A stretch of 64,000 nucleotides of DNA, taken from Botryllus schlosseri. Lineage: Eukaryota. The position numbers and the translations under genes were made by a program. The notes below the pieces were generated by a model. The model saw nothing but the letters and a program-made list of their open reading frames with translations. It searched no databases and had not been told where the DNA came from. Shown here one piece after another: positions 24,810 through 36,255 of this stretch (position 1 is its first letter; each line of letters begins with the position of its first letter). The stretch is from positions 6,388,001 to 6,452,000 of the forward strand of contig CM119372.1 in assembly GCA_051294905.1 (NCBI GenBank), read 5' to 3'.

Positions 24810-25357
24810 AAATAGTATATTCATATTGAAATGAACCCGAATATTTTCGGCTGACACTCGTCAGGGGTAATCGTCAGCAACTAGTAGAGAATTGGAAAGA
24901 ACATTGTATATCAACAATCGTATCACAAAATATGACGTCACCAGCATGAAAGAGAGAGCGTTCAATGTATTATTTTTAGGTGGTACACGAACTCCTTTTG
25001 TTGACAGAGTTTTGGTTGGTGTATTCTGATAAAAGTTGATTCCAAGGCACACAAATGGAATTGTGAGCGGCCTCGTCCTACGATTCGAAATCGGTCGTCT
25101 CGATAATTATTCGCACAAATCGGATTATCCAACAGATGTTTGCCGATGGCAGAATTAATGGCCTTTGATCGATCAGCATCAATCTTAAGTGGATGAGTTA
25201 AGGGTGAGCTTTTCACTGAGCGTGTTCTGATAAATCTGGGGACTTGTTGGTTTACGCGGTCCTGCAGACGTCTTGACGTTCTTCCCACGTAGCCACAATC
25301 ACAGTGGCACCTATATTCGTACACTACATTACTTTGTTGAAGTGCAGGAAGCATGTC
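24810..25357 (-). mobile_element. Penelope-like retroelement 3' fragment: GIY-YIG endonuclease plus pseudo-LTR
   Basis: DMLP...SNVVYEYRCHCDCGYVGRTSRRLQDRVNQ...SAIGKHLLDNPIC...LCALESTFIRIHQPKLCQQ (PLE-type GIY-YIG domain), stop at 24962, then a hammerhead motif. Confidence 0.88.
24835..24878 (-). ncRNA. Minimal type I hammerhead ribozyme
   Basis: Minus strand: GCUGAC-GAUU-ACCC-CUGACGA-G-UGUCAGC-C-GAAA-AUAU-UC^GGGU; intact core, stem I ACCC/GGGU, palindromic stem III AAUAUU. Confidence 0.75.
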
Positions 25358-26117
25358 TTCTGGTTGGAACTGTCTGTCTTTACGAAGTAGTTTGGCCTGA
25401 AAACACTTTTTTGACCCAAAAACTGACAAGTTTTTACATGAAAAAACTTTATTTTAATGAAATCCGAAGAATTCCAGTGGTTACATCACGAAACTGAAGT
25501 TCTGCGTACACTGCTGGTGACACATCGTGTTGCTTTATTCTGACAATGGTGTCTACAGCACAATATTTTAGCATGCGCTTCTTGATATAAGAATAAGAAC
25601 CATGCAATGCCCATGCAGTCTTGCTTCAGTTAGGATATTGCGGTAAGTTGAACATAACACCATGCCAACCTCTTTGTTTCATTTGAATGTCTATAATTCA
25701 CAATGAGCAGACAATGGGCCGTCTACAACGGTAGGCGTATAAAGTACTCTACAAGCTGTAAATTGTCCACTGATAATTTCACCGGCAGTGCAAAATCTAC
25801 GACACAAACGAAATGCATGTTGCAAAAAATTTTTTACTTAGTAAACAATTTTGACATTTTTTGACCTAACGCTACAATTTTGACAAAATTTGGCAAGAAT
25901 TTGACTTTTTTTGACATGTCCAAAAAAATCGCCCAAATAATTAGAGTGAGAAGGGGAAGCAGATGTGCTCGAAATCAAGGGTCACTAGCTTTTTTGAAAT
26001 ATTAATGAACCTGAAACTATCTCGCGACACAAATAACTCCGATAAATATTCAATCATGTTATATAGTACTATATATGGTAGTATTTTACAAATATACTTT
26101 TAACATTGTTGTTGAAT

Positions 26118-26530
26118 TCATACGAATTTCATCAAATTTGTTTCAACATCTTCCCAGTTACATGTATTCATGTCTTTTTTAGCTGGCGGAAGGTTATGAT
26201 CAAAGACAGAAAAGATTCCACCGGTGTGAATATACAGAATTCTGTTCCCTTTAAATCGATGCCGATTGTGTACGAATTCATCTCTGAGTGCCTTGACAGC
26301 GCGCCCTCCATACGTTGGATCACACAATACGCCGGTCGAGCTGGCAATCTCATTGCACAGCCGTAATATATCTTCCAACGAGTCGGTGCGCTGGTAACCA
26401 TCAATTATATCGACGACGTCTCTGGATTTGACGTGAGTCATCCCGACATCACGCAGTATGTCGTCAATGATGTCATAGAAAAACTTGTCGTCTTTTCGCA
26501 TTGCTACTCCATGGATTTTGACTTTGCTGT
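26118..26530 (-). CDS. D-cysteine desulfhydrase/ACC deaminase-family PLP enzyme, coding exon 2
   Basis: Acceptor ctctcttttctacag; (D)SKVKIHGV...TGVLCDPTYGGRA...ILYIHTGGIF...stop; the two exons join in frame to 1107 nt (368 aa). Confidence 0.9.
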
Positions 26531-26699
26531 CTGTAGAAAAGAGAGATTTTGACAGGTGGCTTGAAGTGACGTAATTTGTACAATGTGGTGTCACAAATGA
26601 AATGTCCCGTTCACTTAGCGTGTTCGTTCTTGCTACTGTGTTATTGCGGTCAAAGCTCACACCAGAGAGTCACTGAACAATGTGAACATACACAAACGG

Positions 26700-27002
26700 A
26701 AGGCAGAATATTCCGCGCAAACTCTCGAGCAAATAATTTTTGAAATTTGCAAGGTGAATGGCAGTCTAGTGCTGAATTTCTTTTCATGCTGCAAGTGCCA
26801 TGCAGAGAGTGGGCCGAAGTTGAAATGTAAAGAATTTGAACCAGAGACACTCTAATGACGTGAAAAATTGTAATACATGAAACAGGTTCACGGTACAGAA
26901 CCTACCAAGGTTCGTTTGTGGACGTGAACCTCCAAATTTCGTAGGTTCACAATAGTTCACACACAGAACGCGAACGTGAATCTCACGTACACACCATCTC
27001 TA
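26700..27002 (-). mobile_element. MITE family C, one-ended intronic copy
   Basis: Reverse complement of the C left end, ending cacaccatctcta. Confidence 0.7.
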
Positions 27003-28422
27003 ATCTGCAGTATATAGTAATTATTATCAATTAACTAGGCGCCGCAAATATTGTTCTTTTATGAATGTAGATTGGGCGTAGCCTCCTTAGTTCAGTTGGT
27101 TTGCTGTCCGTACGTTGTTAGTTGCGTTGTGTCATGTGTGGTATCTAGGTGTTAACTTGTGTTCCTTTTAATTACAGGCATTTCTCCGTGATAACAGGCG
27201 ACCACTAAAAACCTTATTGCACGGCCTATTTCAATTTGCTCTAATTTTGACACTCTTCTGTTAGCTCATGATTGAATACATATAATTTCAACATCCATCA
27301 ACGAATCTTGTTCATCGTATACACCGTTTAAAATTGGCCTCCTCTACGCCGGCCGCGCAAAGTTGCACATCTCTGGCCCAGTCAAACATTATTTGAAACG
27401 GCTGAGCCAAACGATTGCCGTGTCTAAGTGACAGCTAGTTCATAGCGCTAGCCGTCTGGCCCATGCAATGTAAGAGTTACAATCAGAAATGTGATGAAAC
27501 ATTGGTGAAATTAATAAGCGACCAAATAAATTTGAAGTACAATGAAGGCAAGTTTTGGTACCAGCAACCTATCGATATGAAAAATAAATCAGCTTCAATA
27601 TTTTAAGGTCTAGACTAGCGCTTTTCGACCTGTGAGATGGTGCGTACTGGTGGGGATGAAAATAAATGCAGTGCAGATGGCAAACGTGTCGCGGATGAAA
27701 ATCGTAAATAATTGTTACTTTTCCGGACGTGGAATAATTCAAATAAACCTAATGGGAAATTCAAGTACAGTGACTCCCTAGCATTTGTCGTTCTGACGCA
27801 TTTGTAAAAGCTTACGACACACCACTAATCGTAGCTTTTGCAATAACTTTATCTCGCACCAGCCGTAGTGAAGTAATATATACGCACTATAATTATTACG
27901 AAATTGAAAGTATTGTTGTTCGAAAGTGGCGTCAGTGGCGGGCATACACTGCATCAGCGCGTCTGCACCTGCGCCACGCGGTTACAAATGACGTAAAATG
28001 ACTTTCTGCTTTCTTTCGCTGATCAATTATCATATTTTCGTAATAACGGTTCGATTAGCACGAAACACGAAGAAAGTAGAAAATACCATCATTACAGACC
28101 AACATTTGCAAGTTACTGTAACGCAAATTTTTCCCCGTCAAGGTTTCCTAAAGTATGGGTCGCGAAAGGTATCATTTTGGGTCGCCACGGCACCGGGGCG
28201 ATGTGTTAATATGTATGTGATATTTGCTGCCTTTCTAGCAAAAACATTCTTCGCACTTCGCTTCGTCAATAGCCAAAAAGCGAGACAAGCAGAAAATATG
28301 GTTTGATTATGAAAATGTGCCAAACTTTGTATTACAGAAATTGGTTTGAATTCATGAACAGATTTTTCCGACTGGTTTCTCTAAAAGTCACCGTATAGAA
28401 AACCGTAGAGCACGGTTGTGGT

Positions 28423-28614
28423 CAATGATCCCCCTAAGCTGCGCACGTGCGCAATTGTGCAGTGCTTACACGGTCTCTGCGCACAGAAAGTCTAAGCTGC
28501 GCACAAAAATCCGAAGTGATGACTTATTTTTAGTCGTTACGTACTGTTGTCCAAGGGATCGCGCAGTGAGTTGGTGAGTGCGCGCAGACTCGTGAAAAAT
28601 TAGAGGGAACATTG
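28423..28614. mobile_element. Short hAT-type MITE with GCGCAC repeats
   Basis: CAATGATCCCCCTAA...TTAGAGGGAACATTG; perfect TSD gttgtggt. Confidence 0.88.
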
Positions 28615-29242
28615 GTTGTGGTGCTCTAGTGTAGGGGCGGGCAACGAGCGGTTGCGGGCCTATGAGACACATCCATTTCGAGACCAACCACTTCCGCGTC
28701 GGAACACATGAGGACGTGACATTTTGTACGACATACCACAGGGAAAGTGCGGGGCCGAAATGATCGAATACCGAATAGTCCCGTCTCAATCCACCCCAAT
28801 ATGATGTCGCGTGAGTCACACATGTTTCTGTCTGCGCGAACTCTATGTCATACATGCCCGTGAAATCGTAGCGTACTATTTTAATAATAAAAATGCATTA
28901 TTTTCGATGTGTGAAGCAATAAAACAAACATGAGGTTTTTGCAACCCTTCGGCGAACTGGAGCCTCCGATATCTGTATGCCATACTCTTAAAAACGATTT
29001 ATGCCAGCAAGCATTCTTCACTCGCGGAAAATACACTGTATTTCGGATAGGATTGCTGGATGGTTCTTATAGAGACCTGACCATCCAAGCACCCGAGCAC
29101 TTGACGTTCTTGTAGAAAACCCAACACTCATTTGGCGAAAAGGGTTTTAGTGTACTATAGTTGAAATCAAAACGAGGGGGCAAGGTTGTCTTTTTTTTAA
29201 TGAGACGCTTCATGGCCTAAACTGGTAACCTATTCTTGTTCC

Positions 29243-29600
29243 ACATCTGAAGAAAATCTTTATCTTCTTTTTGTGTAACAATTTTCGGTTGGTTTGTTCA
29301 GATGAATTTTTTTGCGAGTAGAGTTTATATTCATTGTTCAATCATAAGTTGAACCTTCATTCTTGTGATTGCATGGTGTATTTTATGGGCAACACAAATA
29401 CTCTAGAAGTGTTTCACGATATACTTGTTGGACGTCTGAAAAAAATCTTCATCTTCTTCTGTATAACAATTTTCGGTTGGTTTGTTCAGATGAATTTTTT
29501 GCGAGTAGAGTTTATATTCATTATTCAATCATAAGTTGAACCGGCATGCTTGTGATTGCGTGGTGGGTTTCATGGGCGACACAGATATTCTAGATGTGTA
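29243..29600. repeat. About 190-bp tandem duplication in the intron
   Basis: aacaattttcggttggtttgttcagatgaatttttt..tcataagttgaacc occurs twice. Confidence 0.85.
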
Positions 29601-29638
29601 TCTTGACAGCACAATAGTTCAAAAAATATTGCAGTAAC

Positions 29639-30332
29639 CTGTCAATTGGTTTCCGACCGCCAGTCCTGCCAATGTTACTCCACTAGATGTTGCTACCACG
29701 ACGTCATCAATCTCTTCCCCAATACCTTGCTGTAACAACTCGTCCCAAACATTCAGATATCCATGAATAGCTGTCGAGTTGAACATTTTTCCGTCAATAA
29801 AGCACGTCTTCCCAGTTTTAGCGTGAATTGCATCCGCAACTATTGTTTGTTTTGGAAGGATTTCGGTTTCATAGTCATAGTTTTCAGGAAACAATATCAT
29901 TTTTGCCACACACATTTCCATTATTTTAAAATTTCCGCGAGGTGGAGATAAGCTCATAGGACTGCGAGGATTCTTTCGTAACAAAAGGTATGCGTTCATG
30001 TCGAGCTGGGCAGCAATAAGTGCGATAGCCCTGCATTCGTTGGATTGCGCGTTTCCACACTTGATATATGAGCCACAGTCGCGCTTCAGTGCTTCTGCGA
30101 AAACAAATTCTAGTTTTCTGATCTTGTTCCCTCCTAAACAAGAGCCCGTCATGTCATCTCTCTTGATATACAAATCCAATCCCTGTGGCATGATCCTTGG
30201 TTGCCACCGATGGACCGGTGTCATAGTCATAGCAAGATTGATTTTGTGAGTAGGCTTCTTTTCAAGACATGTACTCCAAAATGGAGGAGTATATTCAGTA
30301 ATTTTACCGTATGAGTTACCGAAGCCATGCAT
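29639..30332 (-). CDS. D-cysteine desulfhydrase/ACC deaminase-family PLP enzyme, coding exon 1
   Basis: TPVHRW...LYIKRDDMTGSCLGGNKIRKLEF (PLP-lysine motif), QSNECRA, DDVVVATSSGVTLAGLA; acceptor ttttatttcag 15 nt upstream of the ATG; phase-1 donor G|GTTACT (weak). Confidence 0.9.
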
Positions 30333-30709
30333 GGTTCGGTAGATAATCTGAAATAAAATCTATCAATTAGGACGATTTTTTACGTAAAAACGGAAGATTT
30401 GTACCTAGAAAATAAAAATTTTGACATTTTTTTACCTTAAAAAAACTTAATTTTGACCAAGTTTTGACCTCATCTATGTAAATTAGGTGTTTCCCACATA
30501 ATGTTAGAATTGTACTACTTATCTTGATTTCTGTTTGGAACTGTCTGTCATTACGAAGTAGTTTGGCCTTAAAAAACTTTTTTGACTTGAAAACTGACTA
30601 ATATTTATACGAAAAAACATTATTTCAATGAAATCTGGACCTATTAAAAATTCCAGTAGGTATATCACACGTTATGGTAAAAATAATTAAAATTTGTTGT
30701 AGTACAACG

Positions 30710-31848
30710 CAGTGTTGGGATGACTCGGGTCTTTTTTTTCGTATGACTCGACTTGACTCGAGTCAGTTTGGAAAAATGATTTGACTTGACTTGACTTGAC
30801 TCGATGCTTCGCAAAAGCAGATTGACTCGTGACTTGAAGCAAAATTTACGAGTCAATTTTAAGTCATCAAGTAATCGATGTCGACTAAATCGCTGCATAT
30901 TGTATAAGTTCGGATTGCTAACCAACGACTCAATGACTGTCCGTTTTACCGAGTCTCCATTGTTATATCACAAATAAATTGATCTTAACGAACGAATATC
31001 GTTCATACATTTATAATTGAGTAATGTGTATCATGGATAAGTAGGTGGATATGGTATTGCACTATATAATTTTTGAAGTTTCTGAGGTTTCGTATGTTAT
31101 CATTTATTTTGGCTGATAAGGCTATACCGCTATACTTGCGCAGTTTAGTAGTTCTACGTATGCATGTGCGATACAGCGTCTTTTGCGTGTATAATCAACT
31201 TTTTATTCATGTCTCGATTCAGCATAAATGGGAATTCCATCTGTTTTTAAAACAGTTAGCAAAATGCAATGACTTTGAACTGTGTCTAGTTCTTTGAGTA
31301 CTTTGAAAATTCAACCTGACTTGACTAGTGACTTGACTCGTGACTAGACTTGACTTGACTTGACTTGACTTGAATTGACTTGACTTGACTCGTGACTTGA
31401 CTTGACTTGACTTGACTTGACTTGACTTGACTTGACTTGACTTGACTTGACTTGACTTGACTTGACTTGACTTGACTTGACTTGACTTGACTTGACTTGA
31501 CTTGACTTGGCTTGACTTGACTTGACTTGACTTGACTAGACTTGACTAGACGTGACTTGACTTGACTTGACTTGACTTGACTTGACTTAACTTGACTTGA
31601 CTTGACTTGACTTGACTTGACTTGACTTGACTTGACTTGACTTGACTTGACTTGACTTGACTTGACTTGACTTGACTTGACTTGACTTGACTTGACTTGA
31701 CTTGACTTGACTTGACTTGACTTGACTTGACTTGACTTGACTTGACTCGAGTCACCTCCAAAATTAGAGTGACTCGACTTGACTCGAGTCAAAATGTGCA
31801 ATGACTCGAGATGAGTTGTGATTCGAAGGTAGTGACTTGATCCCAACA
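30710..31848. mobile_element. hAT-type MITE J (GACTC/GACTT repeats), right end clipped
   Basis: CAGTGTTGGGAT...ATCCCAACA; interrupts I3 at gtacaacg. Confidence 0.75.
31318..31747. repeat. (GACTT)n pentanucleotide microsatellite, about 85 units
   Basis: Directly visible. Confidence 0.97.
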
Positions 31849-32230
31849 AACGAAAGATACTTTCCCACATTCTCGGGTAGAAAGTGTCTGTCCTTAGCAT
31901 GTCAAGAATGGAGAAAGACCGTTCAACAGCAGCAGTTGTTGGCTGGCAACACTGAAATTGTGCGTACACTGCTGGTGACACACCGTGTAGCTTTATTCTG
32001 ACAATGTTGTCTACATCACAATTTTTCATCGTGAGCTTCTTGATATAAGAACCAATGCCACGCAGTCTTACTTCAGTTAGGATATTGCGGCATGTTGGGA
32101 ATAACAGCATGCCAACCTATTTGTTCCATTTGGACGTTTATGATTCACAATTAGCAGACAATGGGCCGTCTACAACAGTAGGCCTATAAAGTAGGCTATA
32201 AGCTGCAAAATGTCAAATGATAAGTTCATC

Positions 32231-32252
32231 CATAGCCTTTATATGAGCTATG
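32231..32252. mobile_element. 22-bp imperfect palindromic micro-insertion
   Basis: catagcctttatatgagctatg flanked by gttcatc/gttcacc; absent at the same site of I1 (gataagttcaccgac). Confidence 0.7.
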
Positions 32253-33429
32253 GTTCACCGACGGTGCAAACATCTACGATACAAACGAAATGCAGGTTGC
32301 AAAATAATTTTGACTTTGTAAACAATTGTGACAATTTTTGGACCTAACGCTACAATTTTGACAAAAGTTTGACTTATTTTGATATGTCAAAAAAATCGAT
32401 CAATCTATCATACTCAGGGTTGCATTTAAACCAAACATGCTGAAACACGGCCTTTGCTTAAAACATGTTTTTGTCGGTTGTTTCGCCATTTTTAATCTTT
32501 CAATTTGTCAATTTGTTTATTTACTTTACTTGAGATCGAGTCTTGAGCATGACTCGACCAAGTGATATGACTCGTGACTCGAGCGGCCAAGACATACATT
32601 TCTTTGTATTTTCGAAGAATTATTAAGTTCCACATTATTGGTATTTCGTCTACAATTACTTGTACATGAATATCAGGGTCAGAAAATGTTGAGAATGAGG
32701 AAAATCATCAAATCATGAATGCCAGGCTCTCGATATTTCCCAAGCAGAGTTGTAAAGATGTGGGTTGAACATGACTTGAACTCGAAACTAAAAAGTGAAT
32801 ACAATGACTTGGACTCGGACTCGAGTCACAACACTATGACTCGGACTTGACCGTCTACTCATTCTAAAAAGCTGCATTGGTGCACAAGTTTTTAGTAATT
32901 ATTAGGGGATGAGATGCTCGAAAGGTTCCGTTGTATAACCCAACAGTTTAATATTCACAGGGTGTCTGCTTATTCCGTTTGTTTCTTCGCTATTCAATCG
33001 ATCATGCATGCATTTTTATGTTCATATGTGTAAAACCTGCATGACAGCATTTCGCTAACCCCAACAGCAAAGCAATAGCCCATCCCCATCCAAAAAGAGT
33101 CAAATACCCCGCCCCAAACCCCTATGTCTGCAAACTTGTTTCAGGGCATTGCAGCAAGACTCAGAATGTTGGTAATTTTAACAAAATCAGTAGCCTGAAA
33201 AAAGTTTCCCAGCGAAAATGTAATTTTTGGTGTCTCGTCAGGGCGTCCGTCAACTGGGAATGGACTTCAAATTTAAGCGACAATGACTTGATCGAGCGAT
33301 CTATTTACATATAAACATATAAAGTAGACTAAGATACAGAGTTCAGCATACTACTTGGAGTGAAAATGACTAGTGGGCCGCACAAAAATCGCAGGCGGAC
33401 CGCGCAAGGTTGGACATCCCAGCCTCAGA

Positions 33430-33880
33430 CAGACAACTTAACAGATATCAAGGTTATCGCTTCTTAGTTGGAAAATAACAGATACACTATTACAAACACG
33501 CAGTTTAACTAACTATCCTATCTCAACAAAACTTGATCTCGAAAGTCTAGAAGCCTTGTAACGTTTACTCTAAACTTGTACACCCCAGACAAATATTCGC
33601 GTTAAATTGATATCATGGGAACGTCGCACCGCAAATAGCCCTCGTGGCGCTATGTGTTATCGCTCTTTCCTGAGATATACCTTTCGTATAGAATTTATAC
33701 TTGTAAAAGCAGGACATCCCCGCAGGCTTACTATATATATTTAGCAAAAGCGCGAGTATAAATATTAAGAAAAGTTACTGGGATCCGGTTTTTCAACATA
33801 TGGAATGAATTTCGTCGATAATATAAGTAGTTTCACATATGCTGTCCAACATTTATCAATTCTCCTTCCACGTGATCAGA
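33430..33880 (+). pseudogene. Possible highly decayed CR1-type LINE ORF2 3' end
   Basis: Weak remnants DLESLE and NIWNE in the order expected for the RT C-terminus. Confidence 0.3.
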
Positions 33881-34762
33881 CTGACAGGTAAAGCTGATGG
33901 AGGAGTGTCTTCGGAAAATTTGGCCACAAAATTAATCTTGATGCAAATTCCGGTTTATATTAATCACTTTGTTGCATGTTGTTATTCCTTGGCCTCCCAT
34001 GAGGATTGTTGGTATAGTGAAAATATATTGGAGTCGCCCAAACGTACCAGAGAAACCTTTATTCGTGAGACTTACGCGATTCCAATTTGATATTTCTATA
34101 TGGGGCGCATCAATTTCCTCTGTGGTTCGCATTTGTATACGCTGGAACTCAGATTGCGATGACACTATTATATTAAAAACGAAAAATCCAAGTCACCCTG
34201 AATCCCGCTAAGCGCGAAGGAAATTTTTAGGCTGAATCAAAATCTCTCAGCAATTTGGGAACTATAATTCGTAAATTCACGTTGCATATTGACGGCCTCC
34301 AACACTCACTAATTTAATGATGTGTAGACGGTCACATAATTCTTTTTTCACAGCAGCATGCCCTGGCTTAATCGGAATAAAGATGAGCAAGACTGGAATG
34401 CTAAATACTAATCAGGGATGGAGGTTTCCACACCACCATCTAATAACACACTGGTTCTCAAACTCGACCCCCCCTCGAGACCCCGCTGGCTATGGCCCTG
34501 AAATTATGTACACTGCGCTGTATAAGTATCTCGCATGAATTACTAATTACACAAGCTTGAGCAACCCCAGCGGTTTTCTAGAGAATCATTATAGACAGAT
34601 ATTGCAAGCTGAACGCATGTTAACTTCACCCTGTTCTATTCCAAAACCAATACGTCCATTACCAGCGGTTAAATGATGAGAAACATTTGCTTATGGCATC
34701 ACAAAACGGTTGTAAATTACTAGATTCGTACAGTTGATATGACCATTGTACGTATAGGCCCG

Positions 34763-35168
34763 TAGGGTTGCATTTAAAGCAAAAATCAATTTAAAACAAA
34801 CATGTTTAAAACAAGGCCCTTCTTTAAAAACAGATTTTTCATTGATTTTTTTTCAAGCCAAAACGTCACGAATATTCAATTGTAACGCCATAGTGGATTG
34901 GCATTGACAATTGAAAATATAGGGGTAAATATAGCTCATTTGACGAAATGTCTACGTACTATAGCTGTTGAACCGACTATTTTGAGGATTCCAATATCGT
35001 ATACGTCGGCTATATCGGGTTGTAATTGTTCGTAGGCTCATACAACTTGTTTTTTGGAAAGTATTTACACAATTATGGGGTGATTTTATAACTTACAAAA
35101 AACAATTTTTTATATGCCTGTTTTTAACACACTGTTTAAAACAACCATTTGTTTTAAATGCAACTCTA
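34763..35168. mobile_element. MITE family M (TTTAAAAC motifs)
   Basis: TAGGGTTGCATTTAAA...TTTAAATGCAACTCTA; second copy at 56849-57233. Confidence 0.85.
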
Positions 35169-35294
35169 ATTGTACGATATTGCAAATCCAGCCAACTTTT
35201 TGGAGCATTAACTTGCCTATTTATTGTGATAACTAGTCATCGACCGATGTTGATGCGGTTCTGGTACACCCCAGTACACCCCATTCGAGTGGTA

Positions 35295-36255
35295 GGGGAG
35301 ATGTGGTACCGATGGATCACTGGGACCGAAAATACTTTGAAAATTCTCTATGATAATTCCATGATTACACTCCGTGAACTTGTCTACAATTGCATGCTGG
35401 CAACATCTTTCCTCACATACAAAAAAATTCGACGTGCGCGAACTATGGGGTCTCTCACAGATGTTTTTTTGTTTTGGGGGGTGTAAACTAAATTTAGATC
35501 GACATATACATTTTTCTTTGTAACCTTCAACACGAACAAACCAGCAATCATTTTTATTGTGGAGTCTAGGGCTTGTATCAGGCTATATAATGGAACCTAT
35601 TATTTTTTCAGTACTTTCCTTGAGTGGAATTTTTTTCGATTCATGTACAAAATTGGTAGGGTGGGGACCGATGATACAATAGCCAAATCAAGCCAAATAA
35701 TCAAGCATACTACTCATGAAACAAATGAAACATGACTACGTACAGAAAATCTTTATGTAATAATTGCATATGATGTTTTATCGCTATAACGAGGTCATTG
35801 GAAGCCACACTGTCGATTTTCGGGCAATATGTATGTACCCTCAAATTTATAAGTCCGAGCCTAAATCGAAACGTGATTTTATGACAACATTTGAGTCAAT
35901 ATCTAATCTATTTTTAGACGGTTGCAACCAAAAATTCCTCTTTGGCTTGCTGTAGCTTAGATTATAATACTGATCAAGAAAAGTTGTCACATCTGAGTTT
36001 TTAGGGTATATGTGTCATAGGTCCCCGGGTCGTGTGCCACTGGACCCACCGGGTGGGGACCGATGACACGTTCGAGCAACAAATTTTAAACGTCCATAAA
36101 TATTTTTTGAGAAGACGGATATTCATGTATATGTGCGCGATAGGTAGAGCTTGTATCAAAGTGCTGAGCCAGCAAAAGATCTGCTCTTTTCGGCTGAACA
36201 TTTTGGGGCCAGCGATCATTTTCCAATTTTTGATCCATCGGTACCACATCTCCCC
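35295..36255. mobile_element. Tc1/mariner/pogo-type MITE with TA TSD
   Basis: TIR GGGGAGATGTGGTACCGATGGATCA; TA on both sides; the paralogous empty site ggtacacc near 20327 shows only TA was duplicated. Confidence 0.85.

Larger units (their letters stand above)
24642..25936 (-). mobile_element. Family I element, copy 2, interrupted by a Penelope-like fragment
   Basis: TTGGGCGATT...AATCGCCCAA; reverse complement of 9910-10788 on both sides of the insert. Confidence 0.85.
30367..32403 (-). mobile_element. Family I element, copy 3, with nested element J
   Basis: Matches the I1 reverse complement (QCCQPTTAAVERSFS); approximate TSD tctatcaa/tctatcat. Confidence 0.8.

Noticed and set aside
26118..30332. 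Calling the enzyme ACC deaminase (acdS), or treating it as bacterial contamination
   Set aside because: Lacks the diagnostic Glu/Leu pair, has a spliceosomal intron, and is embedded in host repeats
31325..32110. 261-aa ORF with (SSQVK)n
   Set aside because: Translation of the (GACTT)n microsatellite joined to a hAT remnant; not a real repeat protein
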